From positions 1 to 29,884 of the IMG/VR virus record IMGVR_UViG_3300048831_000020: a stretch of DNA of 29,884 nt. One strand, written 5' to 3'. The stretch's first letter is position 1. Each line of letters starts with the position of its first letter. A program made the translations under genes and the position numbers. Of this stretch, positions 16,001 to 24,830 are shown piece after piece. The notes under the pieces were generated by a model. It did not search any database. It saw only the letters and a program-made list of their open reading frames with translations, and was not told the origin of the DNA. The DNA comes from a virus. Lineage: Duplodnaviria > Caudoviricetes.

Positions 16001-19000
16001 GTCGCTCGTATGCCTGAACGCTCTCCCGAAGAGATGCCAGGACAGACAGCGATGGGGGAGACACCCCCCAAGGCTGGAGAACCAGCCACTGCCCCAGATG
16101 GAGTGAAGGTCAGGGATGTGGAGACTCCCGAAGGCCCGGTGACGGTCGATGCCTCCGTCGCTCCCGCCGTGCAGCGGCTCAACGACGCAGGCTACAAGAC
16201 CCACCAGTCCCACGGCGTGAAGTCTGACCACCCCGCAGGCCACCCCGCGAGAAAGGCCGGCCCCTACGTCGAGTTCGCCGTGAGGGACCTGGGAGACGCC
16301 GCCACGAGGGGGCAGAAGATTTCCGCCATCCGCGCCGCCGCGAAGGAGACGGGCAGCGAAATCGTAGACGGCAAGGCGACCATCGACGGGGCAGAACACT
16401 CCACCATCATCGTCCGCACCCCCGATGTCGATGCCTTCACCGACGCTCTCCTCGGGGATCGTGGAGCCGTCCCGCCAGAAGGCGCTCCTCCGGTCAGGCA
16501 AGGCTTCTCCGATGGCCTTCCGCCGACCCACCCGGACTATCTTCACCTCAAGGTCCTGATGACGGTCTCCGAGTACATCGCCGCCGTGCTGGAGGTCGGT
16601 GACGCTGCGGTGATCTCGAGGATGCTCAACATCCCCGACCCGGCCGTGCTTCCCGTCGAACTGCGCTCCGTGGTCAAGCGCAACGTCCACCGGATGCAGC
16701 AGACCAAGGACCCGGACATCGTGCTCGCCGCCATCGACGAGATCGTGGATGCCGGCGTGGACACCATCGACCCGATGGGGCCGTCGTTCTTCCGCGCCCA
16801 GAAGGTCCGTGCCTACGAGAACGCCGTCGCCGCTGCCGACATGCTCGGCCCGCTCGGCAGGCCGCTGGCCGACATCACCTCGACCTTCCTCACGCCTATC
16901 CACATGAACCGAGAGGTCCCATTCCGTGATGCGGACAGGCACGTCAGGAACATCGGCATGAGCGTGCGTATGGGACGTCGCCGCATGACCAAGGACGACA
17001 TGGACGAGCTCAGGGTGTTCGAGCAGCGCATCTGGGAGACGGACGACCCGATAGCTCGCAACCGCGTCCTCGAGGACTTCCAGCAGGCCGTGCTGCGGAA
17101 CATGAAGGAAGAGGGCACGCTCGACTCCTACCGCAAGTTCGAGAAGGACATCCTCTCAGCGCGGGCGAAGTGGGTGAAGACCACCTTCCCGAACGTCAAG
17201 ATGGAAGCCTACGGAAAGAACTCCAGCGTGACGCCGACGCTTGGACGCCTCTACGCCGAGATCGCCGACTACCGCAAGAAGGCAGCCGAAGCAGAGGCGG
17301 CTGGAAAGGCAGACGTGGCGGCGGTGTGGACCGCTCAGGCTGACGGAGTGGAGGGGCTGCTCAAACGCCAGCAGGATGCGGGTCGTATCTACACGGACGC
17401 ACAGAAGCACCCCGAGAAGTACCGCATGAAGGGCGACGACGGACGCGACCTGGTGACCGCAAGCGGCGAGTACGTGATGAACGAGTCCTACCGGGATGCC
17501 GTGGCAGACCTGCGCGCGTTGGGCACGGAGCAGCCGGTGTGGATGTACCAGATGAAGAAGAGCCTGACCGTGGACGAGTTCGACCCGCGTTTCCTTGCCT
17601 GGCACCAGTCCGGTCGCGCGGCAGCGAAGTTCATGAAGTACGACACGCTGTTCGCCGATCCGCTGGTCCGGATGTGGAAACGCTGGACGCTCGCCGGCCT
17701 GGGGTTCCCGCTGCGCGTCTACGCCGGAGACGAGTTCTGGCGCCTTCCGATGGAAGGCATCGGTCCTACCGAGTATGCAGCCGCAAGGGCAGCGGTCAAG
17801 GAGATGCGCGGCGACATCACCAGAGCAGAGCGCAAGCGTCTCACGGAGCTCAACGGCAAGAAGGAGCTCACCGAACCGGAGGCGGCGGAACTGGCGCGCA
17901 TCGAGGAGAAGGCCCGCCCCAAGGTACCGGACGACGTTCTGGAGCTCATCAAGAACAACCCCGACTTCGTCGATGCCGACTTCGGTGGTCTCTACCAGGA
18001 CTACTGGCAGATTCTTTCCCCCATCTCGGAGACGCTGGCGGACGGCACCGTCAAGGTCCGTCTTCCCGACGACCCGAGGTATCTGCCGAAGGTCCGCTCG
18101 GACATGGGACGGTTCGCGGAAGAGCCCGCGATCCAGAGGCTTCTGAAGCGCGACGACTGGACACGGGAAGAGGCCCTTCAGGAGATACGGAACTGGATGC
18201 TCGAGGACTCTGAGAGCGGGGCCGCACTGCGCACGTACCTCGTCGAGACGAAGCGCATCACCCTGCCGATGTCTGACCTCAAGACCGGCGCCCTCAAACG
18301 TGTCCTCATCATGCCGTCGAGTGGTTCGGCCCGCCACCTCGCCAACGTCATGGACGACTGGGTCGACATGTACATCAACATGCAGCGCAGTCCCGAGATG
18401 CTGGATGCGCTGCGCAAGGGGCACATCGACCTGCCCACGCTCCAGCGTATCGGCGAGACCAACCCTGCCGCTCTTCCACCGGTCCCGGTCGGACACTTCG
18501 ACACGCTCACCAGGTACCCGTGGCTGCGCAGGGCCGACCTTCTCAGTTTGGCCTACGAGCGCATCACCCTGCCTCTTCTCCAGACGCTCGGCGGGAGGGT
18601 CAAGGACGCGCTCTTCGGCCACGAGTACCTCAAGCAGCGTGACGCCATCCTCGCCAAGAACCCGGGGATGGACCCTGCCGTCGTCATGGAGCAGGCAGCC
18701 GGCCGCGCCGCCCACTACGTCGAGCGCACCACCTACACGCGCAACGCGACCGTCTTCGAGGACATGGCCCGCAACCACATCCTGTTCATCAACTCGTACC
18801 GCCAGTTCTGGCAGTACTGGATGACGAAGATGGTGACGAACCCGGCGACGATGGCAACGCTGTGGAACGTCGCCCCGGAGCGAGAAGACCCCGGCATCAT
18901 GGGATTCTTCGCCAAGAACTTCTCCAGCTTCATGCCCTTCTTCCTGCAAGCAAAGGACTTCGAGGAGTCAAGGGAGAAGACGCCCGGGGCGATGATGAAG

Positions 19001-21067
19001 GGCATCCTGCAACCGCCCGGACCGGGACCGATAGCAAGTCCGTTCCTCGGCTACTTCATCCGCAAGACGTTCGACACCGATCCCAGCGAACTTCCATTCG
19101 GCGCCAGCATGGGTGAGGGCATGCAGCCGCTCCAGCGACTCGGGACCTTGAGCAAGGGACTGTTCAACATCACCCTCCCGCTTTCGACCGACAACACGAA
19201 CAGCCAGGCCATCATGCGCGCGTGGGAGAAGGAGACGGTCGACATCGAGGAGTACAACACTCCCGGCACCGGAGTCGGCCGGCAGCAACTCCAGAGCCAC
19301 CTCCCCTTCCCGTACTCAGCGATGACCTGGGTACGCGACAAGGTGAACGAGAACGGGCCGGAGTGGATCAAGGACCACATCTTCGGTGACCAGGTCGCAT
19401 CGCTTGAGATGGTCAGAGCGCTCACGGGTACTCCGAGTTTCCTCATCGTGCCCAAGCCGCCCATCTACACCAAGTACCGGGAAGAGGCTGCAAAGTACTT
19501 CGAGTTGATGAAGGAGGGGCAGCCGCTCCGCGCCGCCACCTACCTTGAGGGAACGGAGCGCTACCAGTACGTCAAGCAGTACAACGAGACGACCGACCCG
19601 GAGGAGCGCTCCGCTCTGCTGGAAGAGAACCCGTGGATCGCGCCGCTCGCGCGCAGCAACTTCATCTACGAGGACGAGGGCGTGCTGCTCTTCGATGACG
19701 ACGTGAAGCGTGAGGAGAACCCCAAGGCCATGTGGAACTTCCGCGAACTGCTCCGCAAGCAGTACGGCGGCTTCGAGACCGACCCCGATACGGGCGAGGT
19801 GAAGGACAACACCGAGAACTTCTACGTCGGGGACATCCTGCGCGCCGACCAGTGGCCGAAGGTGCAGAAGCATCTCAACGACATCCGAAAGCTCGCGGAG
19901 GACGCAGCGCGCGAGCTCGCGACCAAGGACGGGACGTTCAACAAGAAGCGCTACGACATGCACATATACCAGTGGGAGAAGCGCACCAGCCACGACCTCA
20001 AGCTTGGCAAGTGGGTCGAAAGACCAGACGCTCCGGCCTGGTACGACAGGTACGTCGAGCGGCACAAGGGGAAGTTGAGCCGGAACCTGCCCGAAGGCTG
20101 GGACGTCCATTCCTACTGGCACCCCGGCGAGTACGAGAAGGTCGCGGTCGGGTTCTACAAGAGCGACTTCGTAGGAGGTCCGTTCGAGCCCAGTGAGGAC
20201 CAGATGCAGCTTGCGCTCCGCATGATCGAGAACGGGCTCGTTCCCGACCACATCGCCGCGAAGTGGATGGCGAAGGGCACCGCCAGCGGAGCCGTGGCGC
20301 GGAAGGTCGATAGGGAGGCCATCGACGGCTACCGCAGCCAGGTCATCGACATCATCAGTGACGAGTTCTACGACCTCGACCAGAAGGTCCTCAACCACAT
20401 CGGATACGACTTCGGACCAGAAGTGGACAAGGCCATCGAGAAGATTCAGGACATGTACTATGCGCGTATGGGGAACCCCAAGTGGGTGGACGCTATGGGG
20501 GGCACATCGACGCGCGAGTACCGCGACGAGCGCAACCGCTTCCACGCCTACAAGGACAAGGTCTTCAGGTCGATCAAGGGCGGTGAGGCGTTCATCGGCG
20601 GCACGGCAGAGCGCATCCTCCACACGCCGTTCCTCGTCGGGACCGAGAGCATGGACTTCCCCGGACCCGGTTCCCGCAACAACACCGCCCTCTGGCTGAC
20701 GTACCTCAAGGAAGCGCGCAAGGACACCCCGAATCTGAAACTCGTGAAGCGGATGCGGGATGCGCTGACCGACGAACTGCCCGGCCGTCTTGGGTCGCAG
20801 CAGGCGGCGGTTGACTGGGTGGCTGTCGCTGCGGTGGCGAAGACGATGCGCAACCAGATGAAGACCAGCTACAGCGAGTACTACGAGGGACCGGGAAACT
20901 CGGTCTACTCCAACGCCGGCAAGGCGATGGTCGCCAAGCTGGAGCAGTACATCGTCTCGCTCGCCAAGAAGAAGAACGAGCGCACCACGTTCGGGCGCGA
21001 TCTCAGGCGCTACGGATGGGACGCTCACAGTCTCGCATTCGACATGCTCGAGTGGTACTGGAACTAA
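13007..21067 (+). CDS. Giant 2686-aa protein, probable internal virion/DNA-ejection (polyvalent-type) protein
   Basis: Uninterrupted 8-kb ORF in the head module; mostly helical, multi-domain, no Cys noticed. Confidence 0.7.
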   Translation: MPLIGPGDKPYRKSKKRKKREAANTGGRTWADAKAPKAPPRFPSPVAAPPIPVAPPPMRSTPQEATYGLNLKNLSQAYFEKYQTFPNAVQTYFMLNNANGELWSPDEWRKLLAPGKAAPSPLFLEFSKLGAGRRDPLARRKKVKWAEDDLRSLGPKATPKDADWVRQLANRPMHTLGKTWGGKGANRINNDDIKMINDARIWYGGTQLKIRINENIAEREEEEALREDAANEPDTVVKHEEAQSQFRYDPRMGNAPRFTQQGRTLAQRAAEATGTIVMGLPGEDQVGGVGGRSGGGRGGRRADGGDFAFAISEQDNPWLRQVELPDFAAVPRHLSELRDRTRIDIEHLSLSERDAYVSKAHNMVEWKRYWAGVMEENGEKVPFDPDNLDWTPAAQKQYHRYLWMRLLPYAVQSKDAQVRDQALTAMQSVYPELLGTAYTDPRGKTALKPIDMLANLNDVLQSIPDQEDQKAYLFSAFKMGRDPGDSDVKVRNDYVSQFGQSALPSEEVANYREHLLTVNKIMAWPFEKLTEGMRYFGEATDFGFEALGRQNGTLGMIGDGLERAYNAGILETNPFTSQAAPWAISKAHQAGTMFIDVLHDWAYLAATTPEEREAIAKDPEKYIGKDIHGGDLSWWEIGVRGDVPETTEGDFWVPGGIPLWHEWVKKWDEAAGQDAFVHLGEGFSDERGWSDDDWRRQGTRDLMTVVSLVAMLKAGKLADTYFIRPGVAKAARGAFDAARRLDDRARGPGKEAGFIGEDGIGPDFVQGKPAKPTEDVWNANLDDLPEEARTRYGELRAEYEGLSEELMRDAGRPERAAAGDAANVVSPSDVRARIREHGGINLDAEGTKAFIDGTFRGSERSGEFRGLGRRGKGLGLDELAASLKEEWPGLPFDDAESLLEYIRSDAGGQGAGRGLPASDVRAKMARLDELENDAADLIAGRRIPERQTAPKVEEPDWMRDEGTIDAPDPLFDRSEFIGEGQQSGLDIAIDDAARKTEPVARMPERSPEEMPGQTAMGETPPKAGEPATAPDGVKVRDVETPEGPVTVDASVAPAVQRLNDAGYKTHQSHGVKSDHPAGHPARKAGPYVEFAVRDLGDAATRGQKISAIRAAAKETGSEIVDGKATIDGAEHSTIIVRTPDVDAFTDALLGDRGAVPPEGAPPVRQGFSDGLPPTHPDYLHLKVLMTVSEYIAAVLEVGDAAVISRMLNIPDPAVLPVELRSVVKRNVHRMQQTKDPDIVLAAIDEIVDAGVDTIDPMGPSFFRAQKVRAYENAVAAADMLGPLGRPLADITSTFLTPIHMNREVPFRDADRHVRNIGMSVRMGRRRMTKDDMDELRVFEQRIWETDDPIARNRVLEDFQQAVLRNMKEEGTLDSYRKFEKDILSARAKWVKTTFPNVKMEAYGKNSSVTPTLGRLYAEIADYRKKAAEAEAAGKADVAAVWTAQADGVEGLLKRQQDAGRIYTDAQKHPEKYRMKGDDGRDLVTASGEYVMNESYRDAVADLRALGTEQPVWMYQMKKSLTVDEFDPRFLAWHQSGRAAAKFMKYDTLFADPLVRMWKRWTLAGLGFPLRVYAGDEFWRLPMEGIGPTEYAAARAAVKEMRGDITRAERKRLTELNGKKELTEPEAAELARIEEKARPKVPDDVLELIKNNPDFVDADFGGLYQDYWQILSPISETLADGTVKVRLPDDPRYLPKVRSDMGRFAEEPAIQRLLKRDDWTREEALQEIRNWMLEDSESGAALRTYLVETKRITLPMSDLKTGALKRVLIMPSSGSARHLANVMDDWVDMYINMQRSPEMLDALRKGHIDLPTLQRIGETNPAALPPVPVGHFDTLTRYPWLRRADLLSLAYERITLPLLQTLGGRVKDALFGHEYLKQRDAILAKNPGMDPAVVMEQAAGRAAHYVERTTYTRNATVFEDMARNHILFINSYRQFWQYWMTKMVTNPATMATLWNVAPEREDPGIMGFFAKNFSSFMPFFLQAKDFEESREKTPGAMMKGILQPPGPGPIASPFLGYFIRKTFDTDPSELPFGASMGEGMQPLQRLGTLSKGLFNITLPLSTDNTNSQAIMRAWEKETVDIEEYNTPGTGVGRQQLQSHLPFPYSAMTWVRDKVNENGPEWIKDHIFGDQVASLEMVRALTGTPSFLIVPKPPIYTKYREEAAKYFELMKEGQPLRAATYLEGTERYQYVKQYNETTDPEERSALLEENPWIAPLARSNFIYEDEGVLLFDDDVKREENPKAMWNFRELLRKQYGGFETDPDTGEVKDNTENFYVGDILRADQWPKVQKHLNDIRKLAEDAARELATKDGTFNKKRYDMHIYQWEKRTSHDLKLGKWVERPDAPAWYDRYVERHKGKLSRNLPEGWDVHSYWHPGEYEKVAVGFYKSDFVGGPFEPSEDQMQLALRMIENGLVPDHIAAKWMAKGTASGAVARKVDREAIDGYRSQVIDIISDEFYDLDQKVLNHIGYDFGPEVDKAIEKIQDMYYARMGNPKWVDAMGGTSTREYRDERNRFHAYKDKVFRSIKGGEAFIGGTAERILHTPFLVGTESMDFPGPGSRNNTALWLTYLKEARKDTPNLKLVKRMRDALTDELPGRLGSQQAAVDWVAVAAVAKTMRNQMKTSYSEYYEGPGNSVYSNAGKAMVAKLEQYIVSLAKKKNERTTFGRDLRRYGWDAHSLAFDMLEWYWN

Positions 21068-21082
21068 AGAAGGGAGGTACGC

Positions 21083-22789
21083 ATGGCCGACGACAAGAAG
21101 AAGCCGAAGGTGGATGAGCCCAAGACAGCCGCAGAGAAGAAGGCCGAGGCAAAGGCGGCAGAAGAGCGTCTTGACTACTGGACGAAGCGCTATCTCGACG
21201 CCATAGGCGTTGGCGCACGTAAGTTCGAGAGCCTCTCCAAAGAGGCGAAGGAACTCATCCGTTGGGCAGCACAGACCAAGCAGATGCCGTCCATCGCTGC
21301 CTTCCTCGAGCGGATGCGCGAGGCGGACCCGGATTCGTACCTGCTCACAAAGCCCGGAAAGACGCGGGCGACCGCTGCACGCGATCTTCTGCGTGACGTC
21401 CTCAAGGGCCAGTTCAATCTCAACGACAAGGAGATCAAGGCCCTCATCGTCAAGTTCGCCATCGGCGACCCGACCAAGCTGACCGACTCCAACTTCTTCC
21501 GCCGCTACGTGATGCACCTGGACTCGTTCAAGACGGCCTACGCAGGCTTCGCTGCGTGGTGGCGCCAGCGTACCGGCGTCGCTGCGACGGCTGGTGGCGA
21601 CACCTACCAGGGCTTCGTCAAGTGGCAGCAACTCCGCGATGCCTACGTGCAGGACTACCAAAGCAGGTTCGGGTCCGCTGCCGTCATCCCGGATGAACTG
21701 CTCAACCGTGCGCTCATGGGGAACTGGGCACTCGACTCGCCCCAGTGGAACGAGGCCCTCCTGGCCGATCCTTCGTGGAGCGGCGTCGAGTCCTACCAGC
21801 AGCGGGTCGAGTACTTCAAGGACCAGTGGAACGCCATCTTCGCCGGCACCGAGTACGAGGACATGGACCCGCCATCCGCCCTCATGCACAAGTTCGGGGC
21901 CAACAAGAACCTCGAGTGGAGCGAGGTGTTCCAGACCTCCATCCGTGACTCCGAGGCGTTCCGCAGCGCCTTCCCTGATTTCGAGGCGTTCGCAGAGGCG
22001 AGTTTCAAGCGCACCGGCATGCAGCCGGGGACCATCCAGATCAACGACTACTTCAGGCGCCGCGCCGACTACATCGAGATTTACAAGGGCATCATGGAGG
22101 ACCCTGACGCGATGCCGGATTCCGCAGTACTCGGGGAGGCCCTCGCGAACAACTGGAGTGACACCCAGTGGGAGCTCTCGGTCAAGAAGAACGACCCGCA
22201 GTACAAGAACAGTCCCGCATCGAAGAACAGGGGGGTGGCTTTCGACAACTACTGGAAGCGCGTCTTCGGAGAGAACTCCGTCCCTGACGGCGGACTTCGG
22301 GACGAGTTCATCAGGGGGACGCTCTCTGAGCCCTCTTCCATGTGGGAGCAGATCAAGGGGACCAGCGAGTTCCGCAGTCAGTACTCCATGTGGGAGACCT
22401 TCGCTGCCGCCCAGAACGCCCAAGGCAACGTGGTCATGGACGACCCCGGCCTCTACAAGAAGTACCAGAAGGCGTTTTACGATGCCTTCGCCAATCAGGG
22501 CATCCAGGTACCCGGTGGGTTCGACCGCATGTTCTTCGCCAGCGGCATCGACCCCGGCGACTTCGCCCAGAACATCGAGCAGTTCTCGGAGCAGGGCGAG
22601 GCGTACAAGTGGCAGAGTGGGGAGCAGGCGGACCTCGCCACCACGGCCGGCATCGGCGACAAGACGGCCGGAGGCGACCTGCGCAAGAAGCTGTCCGACG
22701 CGATCCGGCAGCACCAGACCTTCGCACAGAGCAAGTTCACCAACTTCCGCATGGAAGAGAAGAGCGACAAGCTGGCTCAGAAAATCTGA
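21083..22789 (+). CDS. 568-aa probable internal virion protein with tandem ~140-aa repeats
   Basis: RBS GGGAGG; repeated IRDSEAFRSAF / IKGTSEFRSQY segments. Confidence 0.65.
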   Translation: MADDKKKPKVDEPKTAAEKKAEAKAAEERLDYWTKRYLDAIGVGARKFESLSKEAKELIRWAAQTKQMPSIAAFLERMREADPDSYLLTKPGKTRATAARDLLRDVLKGQFNLNDKEIKALIVKFAIGDPTKLTDSNFFRRYVMHLDSFKTAYAGFAAWWRQRTGVAATAGGDTYQGFVKWQQLRDAYVQDYQSRFGSAAVIPDELLNRALMGNWALDSPQWNEALLADPSWSGVESYQQRVEYFKDQWNAIFAGTEYEDMDPPSALMHKFGANKNLEWSEVFQTSIRDSEAFRSAFPDFEAFAEASFKRTGMQPGTIQINDYFRRRADYIEIYKGIMEDPDAMPDSAVLGEALANNWSDTQWELSVKKNDPQYKNSPASKNRGVAFDNYWKRVFGENSVPDGGLRDEFIRGTLSEPSSMWEQIKGTSEFRSQYSMWETFAAAQNAQGNVVMDDPGLYKKYQKAFYDAFANQGIQVPGGFDRMFFASGIDPGDFAQNIEQFSEQGEAYKWQSGEQADLATTAGIGDKTAGGDLRKKLSDAIRQHQTFAQSKFTNFRMEEKSDKLAQKI

Positions 22790-22825
22790 GAACCGCGCCC
22801 GTTGGCGCACGCATAGGAGCATACG

Positions 22826-23347
22826 ATGGCAGACGAAGAAACGCGGGACGAGACCGTCGACACCGACACCATCTGGCAGCGTCTTGGTGTCACCGACCCG
22901 GACGAGGAGTTCGTTGAAGAGGAAGAGGCCGCAGAGGAAGAGGCCGTCAAGGAGGACAAGCTCGACAAGAAGCTCTCCTCGCGCGTCGACAACCTCGAAA
23001 AGAAGTTCCGTCAGGAACGACTGGCCCAGGCCAAGGAGAAGTTCCTCGAGAGCGCCGATCCGCTGGAGAAGGACCTGTTCAAGGCGATCTCCGGTGACGT
23101 CAAGGACCCGGAAGCCCTCGATCACGCCATCGAACTGGTCAAGGCGCGTGCTGAGAAGATGAAGGAGACCGAGGCTGCCGCCAAGGAGCAACTCGAGCGT
23201 TCGTGGGGAGTCGCCAACCCGGGCCATGCGGCCAAGCCGTCAGAGGACGAGGAGAAGCGTCTGGCAGAGCGTATCGCCTCCGGCGACACCAAGGCCGGGT
23301 TCGCAGCCCTCATCGGTGACGATCCCATGTTGCAGGGTCGTATCTAG
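22826..23347 (+). CDS. Capsid scaffolding protein
   Basis: Acidic N-terminus, coiled coil, immediately upstream of the major capsid gene. Confidence 0.75.
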   Translation: MADEETRDETVDTDTIWQRLGVTDPDEEFVEEEEAAEEEAVKEDKLDKKLSSRVDNLEKKFRQERLAQAKEKFLESADPLEKDLFKAISGDVKDPEALDHAIELVKARAEKMKETEAAAKEQLERSWGVANPGHAAKPSEDEEKRLAERIASGDTKAGFAALIGDDPMLQGRI

Positions 23348-23354
23348 ACACAAG

Positions 23355-23363
23355 TGCTATCCT
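23355..23363 (+). promoter_or_regulatory. Possible extended -10 promoter (TGCTATCCT) for the capsid gene
   Basis: TGnTAnnnT in the intergenic region; no well-spaced -35. Confidence 0.4.
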
Positions 23364-23522
23364 TAGTGGGTAGTAGGACAGGCGATAGGGAGCAATCGCA
23401 GCGTGCGTTGCCGGCCTTCGCCACAGGCGAATAGCCTCCGTGCTTTCGGCCCTGATGTCTAACGAAAGGAATCTGAAAGCGATTTTAGGGTCGCGGTGAA
23501 GTGACCCTGAAAGGAGGCCAAC

Positions 23523-24761
23523 ATGGCGTGGCCTGCTCCTGGCGCCGATGTCGCCAGTTATGACAAGACTGCCAACACGATGGGTCGCACCGTCGACTCC
23601 GTCCTGTGGCCGATGCTCTGCGCGAAGTCGCAGCTTCTCGACCGCATCCCCAAGATGCCGGTCGACAACGTCAAGTTCGAGTGGGAGACGGCGAACACCA
23701 ACTCCCGCATCTACACCGAGAGTTCGCACTCCGACACCACCATCGACGGGTCGGGCGCGGCATCCAACTGTCACGTCGTCCTCACGTCGGTCGCTGGCTT
23801 GCAGGAGGGAGCGATCCTGCGCAATGCCACCCGCGCGACCCCCATCGGTACCTACGGGGCCGATGAGCTCATGCAGGTGACGGGCATCTCGACGCTGGAC
23901 GTGACGGTCACCCGCGACTACGCCCGCCAGAACAGCGGCACCGGCTCGACCGCTCACGCCCTCGGCGACACCTTCGAGGTGCTGTGGAGCCCCAAGGAAG
24001 AGGGTTCGACTCCGAACGAGAACAAGTACCGTGACGTCTCGATCACCGAGAACTACACCAACATCCTCGACTTCTACCTGACCGTCACCGGATCACAGCT
24101 TGCGAGCAAGCGTCTGGTCGCAGGCGACACTCTCCAGCGTCAGTTCGAGGACCGTCTCGTCGAGCTCAAGAACGACATGGAGAGCATGTTCCTGTACGGC
24201 GCCCTCAACTACGGTGGTGCCGGCACGGAGTCCAACGCCCACGCCGGTTCGGACGCCTACGTCCGCACGACCAAGGGCTTCCAGAACTTCATCTGCGCCA
24301 GCGGCGGCAACGTCGACTACACGAGCAAGGCGGTCACGGAAGAGGCGATCAACACCCTGTTCCTGAACCTGCTCACCAACGGCGTCGACATGAGCGACAC
24401 GTTCATCACCGTCGCCCACCCGCAGAACATCCGCACGATCAACGCCTTCGGGGCCGACAAGGTGCGCATCACCCAGGACGAGACCAAGTGGGGCCGCGCG
24501 CTCAAGACGCTGGAGACCGACCTCGGCGTCACGACCGAACTGGTCCCCTGCCTCAACTGCTCCAAGAGCGACCTGTTCATCATCGACACCAAGAAGGTCG
24601 CGCTGGCCGAGTTCCGCCCCTTCGTCAAGATGGAGTGGGGGATCGACACCTCGAACCCCGATGGCACCGATGCGTGGAAGCAGCGGTACCTCGGCGAGTA
24701 CGGCGTCAAGGTCGTCGACGGCACCAAGAGCCACGGCGCCCTCGGCTACATCAGCTGGTGA
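23523..24761 (+). CDS. Major capsid protein (HK97 fold, SU10/DUF5309-like)
   Basis: KFEW, EEGS, ENYTNI...VTGSQ, ELKNDMESMFLYG, RTTKG, GEYG motifs; strong RBS AAAGGAGG. Confidence 0.88.
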   Translation: MAWPAPGADVASYDKTANTMGRTVDSVLWPMLCAKSQLLDRIPKMPVDNVKFEWETANTNSRIYTESSHSDTTIDGSGAASNCHVVLTSVAGLQEGAILRNATRATPIGTYGADELMQVTGISTLDVTVTRDYARQNSGTGSTAHALGDTFEVLWSPKEEGSTPNENKYRDVSITENYTNILDFYLTVTGSQLASKRLVAGDTLQRQFEDRLVELKNDMESMFLYGALNYGGAGTESNAHAGSDAYVRTTKGFQNFICASGGNVDYTSKAVTEEAINTLFLNLLTNGVDMSDTFITVAHPQNIRTINAFGADKVRITQDETKWGRALKTLETDLGVTTELVPCLNCSKSDLFIIDTKKVALAEFRPFVKMEWGIDTSNPDGTDAWKQRYLGEYGVKVVDGTKSHGALGYISW

Positions 24762-24781
24762 TCTGAAACCCACGGACAGAC

Positions 24782-24812
24782 CGGGGAGCGTCCCTGAACG
24801 GGGCGCTCCCCG
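24782..24812 (+). terminator. 13-bp GC-rich hairpin after the capsid gene
   Basis: CGGGGAGCGTCCC-TGAAC-GGGGCGCTCCCCG; no U-tract, so it may be a partial terminator or stabiliser. Confidence 0.6.
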
Positions 24813-24830
24813 CCTCGAAAGGAGCCTGAT

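Noticed and set aside
15155-18949. 595-aa and 597-aa minus-strand ORFs
   Set aside because: Antisense shadows of the giant gene
13007-21067. Giant ORF as tape measure protein or virion RNA polymerase
   Set aside because: No tape-measure repeats or flanking tail tube/chaperone genes, and no polymerase catalytic motif recognised by eye; structure searches are still needed
19316-23227. 1303-aa minus-strand ORF
   Set aside because: Antisense shadow of GC3-rich plus-strand genes; V/L/G/E-biased composition and no RBS or motifs
23448-23492. Hammerhead ribozyme (CTGATG...GAAA)
   Set aside because: Core reads CUGAUGU instead of CUGAnGA, stem II is absent and stems I/III do not close properly; kept only as part of the structured leader
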